Shown here piece by piece: positions 55,473-64,000 of a stretch of 64,000 nt of DNA. Every line of letters begins with the position of its first letter. Within the stretch, counting starts at the first letter, position 1. Source of the stretch: Octopus sinensis (Eukaryota); assembly GCF_006345805.1 (NCBI RefSeq), contig NC_043009.1, forward strand, positions 25,792,001 to 25,856,000, in the 5' to 3' direction. Under the pieces are notes generated by a model that saw only the letters and a program-made list of their open reading frames with translations, ran no database searches and was not told the origin of the DNA. The translations under genes and the position numbers were made by a program.

Positions 55473-55797
55473 AAGAGGCAAGAAATATAAAGCGATTATC
55501 TCCCTTACACTGGAAGAAATCACTTATTACCTCCCCTTACCTGGAACTCTTCTTTACACGTCATAACGAAGTCATAACACGATGTTTTGAGAAATTTGAA
55601 AAGTTAACACGAAATCGGTAATTTCTTCAAAAACTGTCACTGTATGAAAAAAATTTATAACATTCTTCTGACATAATGACTCAAATATATTTTTTAACCT
55701 TTTAAAACAAGCCTTCTGTAGTTTTTTCACTTTTTACTATTTTCTATATATTCAACCAGGTGCTTTCACACACCAACTTTCTCACCTATATATATAT

Positions 55798-56323
55798 ATC
55801 TTTATATATATAAAATTGAGAATGTGTGTCTGTCTGTCTGTGTGTTTCCCTAAAACTTGAGAACTACACAACCAATTCCATTCAAATTTTACACATGCCT
55901 TACTTAGAGTCCATGTAGTTTCATGGACAAAAAATGTTCAACTTCTTGCCTAGAGCGAGCCCATAGCAATATCATATCTTCTCCACTATTTCAGTATTAC
56001 GTGTTAAAAGTGAAACAAAAACGTTTCTCTACTTTGTCAGATACTTTCATTTTAACAATAAAAAATAATGATAACAATTGAATTATATATAGTAAGTAAT
56101 AATTAAAATCAAACTAAAGTAACATGACAAAAGTAAAAATAGCAATTGGTATAAAATTGCATCAATGATTTGAACATGAATAAGTGGTTTCACATGAATG
56201 GGAATAAATTAAAAATAAAATTAGCCTGCAGAAATGGAAGAGTCAAGATGGATAATAAAAAATTAAATTAAAGAAAAAACTATTGTCTATAAAGTATAAA
56301 ATGTAGAGAAAAAAGATTTTCAC
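55798..56323 (+). mobile_element. Probable non-autonomous Helitron-like 5' portion
   Basis: A|TCTTTATATATATAAAA start followed by (GTCT)n, as in many animal non-autonomous Helitrons; no 3' end seen. Confidence 0.45.
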
Positions 56324-58243
56324 ACGCGGCTCCAAGCTATATACGTGTGTTGTGAGTTATTTATATGTGAAAATTGAAAAAAGACGGTTAAAAGTTGTCA
56401 AAAATTGAATCGCGCGAGGCGTTTTGCCGCTGCGTGTTTGAACCTTTTATAGAAGGTGTGTCGACCCTCAAGTCATGGAGACTTACGCAGGGGTCGCCAC
56501 AACAAAAAGTGACGAGTCTCTTAGAATAAGAGAAGTGTTCTTTAGAAAAGAACAATTGAAGGAATACGAGAAGTTCGTCAAAAGGGAGGGTGACAGCGTG
56601 AAGCTGGTCCCGCCTGTGGAAACAATAGAAGAGAAAAATAACATGACGATAACGTATAGAACGCAAGATAGAAACACGAGAAAACTGGTGAGAGTGACGA
56701 TTGAAGAAATAGAGAAATGTCTGGGGGACATCATGAAAAAAGCGACTTTTGTAGACAGAGGAAAGAAATATGGTACGGTGGAGGTGAGATGCGCAACAAA
56801 GGAAGTGGCGGCCTCATTGGCTTCCACTGTCCTGAAAGCGGAAAATTTCACCATGTGGCCGACGTATAAAGGAAGACGAGGGGTACGGGTAAGAGTCCCA
56901 AAGGTACCCCCAAATATAAAACAGAAATGCTGGTAACAGCCATTATTGGAGCAGCAAAAGAGGAAGTAGAAATAGGGTCAATTAAGGAGACGAACGTTGT
57001 AAATTGGAAGGGATTCGGAGTCGAGTTGTGGCTAATGGCCACAATGGAAGACATCGAAAGATTTCCCTTCCAAATAGAAATAGAAAACGAGAAGACAATT
57101 AGTGTAATAGTGGAAGGCAGAAAACCGAACTGCTACCTGTGCGGATCAAGAGGGCACATAAAAAAGGAATGTCCGCTGAATGAATTCACAGCGGAGCAAA
57201 AAGAGACACAAAGTGGAGAGAAGGAAAACGAACACGAAGGAAAGAACAGCGAAAACAAGGAAAAGGAAATAACGGAGAAACAACAAGAGAAGGGAAGTAA
57301 CAGCGCACTGAAGGAAAATGAAAACAAAGGGAAGAAGATAGTAGAAGAGGAGCAAAATTCACAGGGTGCAGAAGTAGTGGAGAAGGAGCCAAGGCAGAAG
57401 CAAGAGAAAGAAAAGGAAAGTACATTAAAGGAAAGAGAAAAAGCAGGAAAAGAACAAGAGAAGGAACAGAAACAAGAGAAAGGAAAAGATGGTATGCAAA
57501 AAGGAAAAGAAACAACAGGAAAGGAACTTAAGGCACAGGGTAGAGAGACGGCAGACAAAGAGCCAAAAAGACAAGAGAAGGAAAAAGAAAGAAGAGAAAG
57601 CAGAAAGAGAGAAACCGAGGGACGAGAAAAAAGAGGAAGTAAGTCCCAAGAGAAAAACTAGAGAAAACGTAGGTACGAATAGAAAATACAAATACTATGG
57701 AACGTTGATCCATCACAAGCACTGTGAGGAGATGGAAGATTTAATAAGCGCAACAAACGGATATACGTGGGTCAGGATGGGCACCGAATGGGAAGAAACA
57801 GGTGCACTCATCCACGAGAACGACGCCGAGGCGTTCATCGAGGCAGCTGGCGAGAACGTGTTAAAACATATGAAATGCCGACTTAAAAGGTGGCCTCGAA
57901 CGATGGAACCTTACTCAGATTTGGTAGACATAATGGAGTGTATAGAATAGAAAAGGTATTGTGAAAACTTAATTTGGAAATGATAAAAAGAACTTTAAAT
58001 TCTGAAAAAAAAAAAAAAAGGAAATGTTGAACTTTGTAAAACTTTTTGAAATGTATGTTGAAAATGTAAAAAATGTTTTATTTGATAATATTGTTGACGA
58101 ACAAAATTAATTGACGAAATGTAACCGCTCGATTTCGGGGATCGAGCGGGCATTACACCACATTGTACAAACTTCATAATTCATTATTCATTCCCGATTG
58201 TATTGTCCCATCTATGTAGCCCCTAGTGGGTAATAATAAAACA
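56324..58243 (+). mobile_element. ORF1-only Tx1-related non-autonomous element, copy 1 (1920 bp)
   Basis: 5'UTR, Gag-like ORF, ~290-bp 3'UTR ending GTAGCCCCTAGTGGGTAATAATAAAACA; no endonuclease or RT. Confidence 0.85.
56475..57950 (+). CDS. Gag-like ORF1 (CCHC knuckle, K/E-rich linker, C-terminal domain), frameshifted
   Basis: VDRGKKYGTVEVRC, EGRKPNCYLCGSRGHIKKECP; the first frameshift is absent in copy 2. Confidence 0.8.
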
Positions 58244-60170
58244 ACGCGGCTCCAAGCTATATACGTGTGTTGTGAGTTATTTTATATGTGAAAATTGAAA
58301 AAAGACGGTTAAAAGTTGTCAAAAATTGAATCGCGCGAGGCGTTTTGCCGCTGCGTGTTTGAACCTTTTATAGAAGGTGTGTCGACCCTCAAGTCATGGA
58401 GACTTACGCGGGGGTCGCCACAACAAAAAGTGACGAGTCTCTTAGAATAAGAGAAGTGTTCTTTAGAAAAGAACAATTGAAGGAATACGAGAAGTTCGTC
58501 AAAAGGGAGGGTGACAGCGTGAAGCTGGTCCCGCCTGTGGAAACAATAGAAGAGAAAAATAACATCACGATAACGTATAGAACGCAAGATAGAAACACGA
58601 GAAAACTGGTGAGAGTGACGATTGAAGAAATAGAGAAATGTCTGGGGGCATCATGAAAAAAGCGACTTTTGTAGACAGAGGAAAGAAATATGGTACGGTG
58701 GAGGTGAGATGCGCAACAAAGGAAGTGGCGGCCTCATTGGCTTCCACTGTCCTGAAAGCGGAAAATTTCACCATGTGGCCGACGTATAAAGGAAGACGAG
58801 GGGTACGGGTAAGAGTCCCAAAGGTACCCCCAAATATTAAAACAGAAATGCTGGTAACAGCCATTATTGGAGCAGCAAAAGAGGAAGTAGAAATAGGGTC
58901 AATTAAGGAGACGAACGTTGTAAATTGGAAGGGATTCGGAGTCGAGTTGTGGCTGATGGCCACAATTGAAGACATCGAAAGATTTCCCTTCCAAATAGAA
59001 ATAGAAAACGAGAAAAACAATTAGTGTAATAGTGGAAGGCAGAAAACCGAATTGCTACCTGTGCGGTTCAAGAGGGCCATAAAAAAGGAATGTCCGCTGT
59101 ATGAATTCACAGCGGAGCAAAAAGAGACACAAAGTGGAGAGAAGGAAAACGAACACGAAGGAAAGAACAGCGAAAACAAGGAAAAGGAAATAACGGAGAA
59201 ACAACAAGAGAAGGGAAGTAACAGCGCACTGAAGGAAAATGAAAACAAAGGGAAGAAGATAGTAGAAAAGGAGCAAAATTCACAGGGTGCAGAAGTAGAG
59301 GAGAAGGAGCCAAGGCAGAAGCAAAGAAAGAAAAGAAAGTACATTAAAGGAAAGAGAAAAAGCAGGAAAAGAACAAGAGAAGGAACAGAACCAAGAGAAA
59401 GGAAAAGATGGTATGCAAAAAGGAAAAGAAACAACAGGAAAGGAACTTAAGGCACAGGGTAGAGAGACGGCAGACAAAGAGTCAAAAGACAAGAGAAGGA
59501 AAAGAAAGAAGAGAAAGCAAAAAGAGAGAAAGAGAGAAACCGAGGAGGAGAAAAAAGAGGAAGTAAGTCCTAAGAGAAAAACTAGAGAAAACGCAGGTAC
59601 GAATAGAAAATTCAAATACTATGGAACGTTGATCCATCACAAGCACTGTGAGGAGATGGAAGATTTAATAAGCGAAACAAACGGATATACGTGGGTCAGG
59701 ATGGGCACCGAATGGAAAGAAACAGGTGCACTCGTCCACGAGAACGACGCCGAGGCGTTCATCGAGGCAGCTGGCGAGAACGTGTTAAAACATATGAAAT
59801 GCCGACTTCCAAGGTGGCCTCGAACGATGGAAGTTTACTCAGATTTGGTAGACATAATGGAGTATATATAAAAGAAAAGGTATTGTGAAAACTTTAATTT
59901 GGAAATGATAAAAGAACTTTAAATTCGGAAAAAAAAAAAAAAAAAGAAATGTTGAACTTTGTAAAACTTTTTGAAATGTATGTTGAAAATGTATAAAATG
60001 TTTTATTTGAAAATATTGTTGACGAATAAAAATAAATGACGAAATGTAACCGCTCGATTTCGGGGATCGAGTGGGCATTGCACCACATTGTACAAACTTC
60101 ATAATTCATTATTCATTTTCCCGATTGTATTGTCCCATCTATGTAGCCCCTAGTGGGTAATAATAAAACA
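58244..60170 (+). mobile_element. ORF1-only element, copy 2 (head-to-tail with copy 1)
   Basis: Highly similar to 56324-58243, with substitutions and indels. Confidence 0.85.
58396..59871 (+). CDS. Gag-like ORF1, copy 2, frameshifted
   Basis: Same protein in pieces 58396-58656, 58638-59024, 59052-59450 and 59413-59871. Confidence 0.75.
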
Positions 60171-60397
60171 ACGCGTCGGAAATCAATTTTTTGCGTTATT
60201 AGTAAGTTGATATATTTTTGCTCTCGTACTGTTGTCTCTGTTATTATATACTGTTGGTCTACCTGTTTTGTCTATTGTTGTCTAACTTACGAAGTCAGCC
60301 TTCGCGCGAGGACTTCGCGTTGGTGTTCCCCCCTCAGTGGGGGAAAACTACAATTAATTTGGATTTACCAAAGGCTTGTTAAAGCCATTTCTTCAAG

Positions 60398-61786
60398 ATG
60401 GAGTCCCCCATATCTTATTCGCCCGTGACGAGCGAGGATGAATACCCGGCGTTGTCACCAAGAAAAAAAGAGGCGTTGTCGCCAAGAAAAAAAGAGACGT
60501 TGTCGCCGAAGAAAAAAAGAGACGTTGTCGCCGAAGAAAAAAGAGGCGGCGTCGCCCAAGAAAATGGAAAAACCAGTACCAGCATCAACTCCAGCAAAAA
60601 AATTCGCTGAAGTGGCTGGGAAAAAGATCAAAAAAATAAATATAGAAAATTTAAAAAAATTTGCAGACTGTGTAAAAAAAGAGGGCACAGAAGTGACTGT
60701 GGCCACAAACATACAAATACATGACGATATAGAAAAAAAAAGAATAATATATAAAACTTACGACACAACGAAAAAAATGATCCAAAAAATCGAAGAGAAA
60801 AAAATAGAGTTATGTTTGAAACCAATAATGGACAAAATAACATATATAAACAGAGGTAAAAAATACGGCACAGTGGAGGTGCGTTTTACCTCTGAAGAGA
60901 TAGCAAAAAAACTATCAATGGAGACTTTCAAAGCAGAAAACATCGTTCTATTACCATTATACAGAGGAAAGCGGACATCAAAAATTACAATAAACAACAT
61001 TCCCCCAGAGGCAGATGCAGAATGTCTGGTGGCAGCAGTGATGGTAGGCCTGGAGGAAAAAATAAACATCCTCCAGGCCACAGTGGAAGAAGAGGAGTTC
61101 TGGAAAGGACAAAAGATAGTGATAGCCATTCACTGGAAGAAATTCCAGAAACAGTAAAAATTAGCGAAGAGGAAAAAATAACTGTTTTCGTGGAGGGCAG
61201 GAAGCCGAGGTGCTTCGGCTGCGGCAAGAAGGGTCATGTAAGGGCGGAATGCCAACCCCAACCCAAACCGCAGGAAGCACCGAAGCCAAGAGAAAAAGAA
61301 GAAAATGTGTCACCAGAAGCAGCGTCGGACGGACCAGAAGGGAAGACCGAAGCTGTGGAGGTGACGGTGACAGCAGAACCAGCGGCGGAGGAGAATAAGA
61401 GCGAGGAAAAGATAAATGAAGAGGGGTGGAAAAAAATTACCGGAAAAAAAAAAAGAAAAACGGATACCAACCCTCCAAGAATAATTTTAAAAAAGAAAAG
61501 AGAGACAATGGACTCATATATAGCCGTAAAGGCAGCAAATAGCAGACTAGGAAACGTGTTGGCTGCTATGGCCAAAGTGGAGAAAGTGGAAAAGAAAAAT
61601 GACTTTGTAATCTACAGAATAGGCCGGAAGGATTACGGGCGGATAAAATCCGAGTTCTTCCACGACGTCGGCCCACTTAGATTGGATGTGACATCTCCAC
61701 ATATATTCGAGGGCCTACGTCAGACTCCCCCACGAGGCCCAGAAAAAGAGTTAGAAGAACAAGAGAAAACCGAACCACTGATATAA
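60398..61786 (+). CDS. LINE ORF1 (SPKK-type repeats, CCHC knuckle), frameshifted
   Basis: MESPISYSP..LSPRKK repeats; INRGKKYGTVEVRF; EGRKPRCFGCGKKGHVRAEC. Confidence 0.85.
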
Positions 61787-61794
61787 AGGTAAGT

Positions 61795-64000
61795 ATGGAT
61801 TACATTTATGTTGGTTGTTTGAATGTGCGCGGCCTGGGAACAGGCTGGAAGCAAGGTCGCTTCCTGCATGATATCAGGTCGCGTAATTTAGATGTTATTG
61901 TTGCTACAGAAACCCGGTTAGAGGGGCCAAGAGGTCTGCTCCCGCTGTTTGACGGCTACGAGAGTTTTTTCTCTCCTGGCAGTCCTACAGGCGAGAGTGG
62001 GGTGTTGGTCCTATTAAAAAGAAACCGGGTTTCTGAGAAAAAGTTAATTTTTGCAGATCCAGAAGGTAGGCTGGTCGTCATGGATTTGACGTTCAGTAAT
62101 GGTAAAGTTATCAGACTGGTTGCAATTTACGCACCCAACCATACAGGGCAAAGTGATTATTTTCGTGAACTAGAAAACTTTCTTGGTACTTCGCATTCAT
62201 TAGTGGTGCTAGGAGACTTTAACACAATTTGCAAAGCGGATGTAGATTGTGTTGGCTCGCGTCCAGATAGAAAAGGCAACAGTGGCTTCATGGAACTGCT
62301 AAGCCGCTTTGAGCTAGCAGATCCTTATAGGCTGGAATTTCCGAACGCTCCATTGTGGACATGGTCAAACAGCGACGGATCTTCCAGGTCATATTTAGAT
62401 AGAATACTAATTAGAAAAGTAGACAGTAAAATAGCTAAGTGTCCACAGTTTTACCCGATCAGCTACAGTGATCATAAAATGGTCACTTGTAAGCTTGACA
62501 TAGATAAGGTTAAAAATAGAGGATCCGGTTACTGGAAACTTAATACGTCCCTTTTGGCGATTAAGGAGTACAAAGACCGGATTAGGGATATAATTCAGAG
62601 GGCACTATCTGGTACCATCATTAATAACAAATGGTGGTACGCCCTCAAACGAGCCATCAAGTTCGAGTCAATTAGATATAGCATAGGAGTAGTGGCTAGA
62701 GAGGCTAGAAGGGAAACTACTCTAGTTAAGGAATTAGAGGAAGCCTTGAAAACTGGCTCAGGTGACGGCCAAGAGACTGGTGTTAAACCAGCACCTCGAG
62801 GCCAAACACATGGGCTGCATTGTCAGGGCTAGAATCCGCCATATGGGTTGTGAAGGAATCAACGCCGTAAGATGGGCCCGAGTGGTGGAAGCACAGCAAG
62901 GTAACGATGCCACGATTCGATCTTTGACGAACCAACAAGGTGAGTTGATAAACGAGCCCGAGGAGATGTGTGAGGCCTTTCAGGAGTACTTCGCTCAGCT
63001 TTTCGGTGAGTGCGGCGGACTGGATAGGAGGAGGGCCTTTACGGACTTACTCGACGGGCTGCCGCGCTTGTCGGGGCGAGATGCGGAGGGCTGTGAAGGG
63101 CCAATCACGCCTGAGGAGGTGGTTGAGGCAATGGCGGACTGCGGCGCGGGCAAGGCGCCGGGTTTGGATGGTCTACCCTATGAGTTATATAAGAGTATGC
63201 CAGACTTGTTCGGGCACCTACTGGCGGAGGTCTATGCGAACTGGTGGCAGAACGGGCTTATACCCAGATCTGTGCGCCGGGGAGTAGTGACACTCGTCAG
63301 AAAGGACCCGAGCAAGGGGGAGTGCATTGATAATTTCAGGCCCATCACTCTGCTAAACAGAGTTGAAGATTTTGGCCAAAGTGTTATCGAAAAGATTGGC
63401 GCGTGTCGCGGATGGTCTGATCGGGGAGGCACAAACATGTGCCGTTCCGGGCAGAACCATTCAGGATAATCTCCATCTAATGCGGTACACTATAGAGGGG
63501 TTTAATAGTGATTCTGGCAAGGGTGGGGCACTGGTCCATTTAGACCAATCTAAAGCATTTGATAGGGTCGACCATAGTTACCTGGTATCTGCCCTGGCAC
63601 AGTTCGGGCTGAGCCTTGGCTTCCTCAGGTGGATTATCCAAATTTATGATAACATCGACTCGGTAGTTCGGGTGAACGGATTCTTGTCGAAGCCGTTCAA
63701 AATCAAACGCTCGGTTCGTCAAGGGTGTCCGCTCTCCCCGCTTTTGTACGTGATGGCTTTAGAGCCATTACTGCGAAAACTGAGCGGCATCCCCAGACAG
63801 CCAGGTAATGGAAAATCAGTGTCAGCGTACGCGGATGACATCACCATCATCGTAACCGAAATGGACCACCTATGTAAAGTAGGCAAGGCCATAGAGGTTT
63901 ACGAGACGGTGACAGGAGCAAAAGTTAATCGCGAAAAGTCAGTCGGCTTGCAACTCGGCACCTGGAGAGGCAAGTCGATGCCTCCTGAGCATCGTGGGAC
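61795..64000 (+). CDS. LINE ORF2 (AP endonuclease and reverse transcriptase), partial, frameshifted
   Basis: GCLNVRGL, TET, VLGDFN, YLDRI, SDHK, GYWKLN, FRPITLLN, LDQSKAFDRV, VRQGCPLSP, YADD. Confidence 0.92.

Larger units (their letters stand above)
60171..64000 (+). mobile_element. Tx1-like LINE, runs off the window end
   Basis: 5'UTR, ORF1, ORF2 APE-RT; related to but distinct from the LINE at 4170-9432. Confidence 0.92.

Noticed and set aside
56324-60170. Long direct repeats read as LTRs of an LTR retrotransposon
   Set aside because: They are adjacent, encode ORF1, lack TG..CA ends, PBS and PPT, and end in a LINE-type tail.

Overview
Repeat-saturated, AT-rich eukaryotic DNA with no host exon I can support. 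The SINE repertoire and microsatellite density suggest an Octopus (cephalopod) genome; this is an inference. The window holds two Tx1-like (L1-clade) LINEs, two head-to-tail ORF1-only derivatives directly upstream of the second LINE, two Penelope-like (GIY-YIG) remnants, mariner/Tc1, R4-like and RTE fragments, MITEs, and three abundant SINE families. The ORF track misses the main signal: at least 14 type I hammerhead-ribozyme (HHR) motifs in about 7 unrelated short repeat families, plus 3 doubtful ones. Most lie beside (TA)n and several form tandem plus fold-back arrays, as Penelope pseudo-LTRs and retrozymes do. One family joins a tRNA-derived Pol III head to a hammerhead. A SINE, the ORF1-only elements and a Tx1 LINE also share a 3' tail with a compensated stem-loop. 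Frameshifts at homopolymers may be assembly errors. Coordinates were counted by hand, and boundaries of degenerate elements are approximate.
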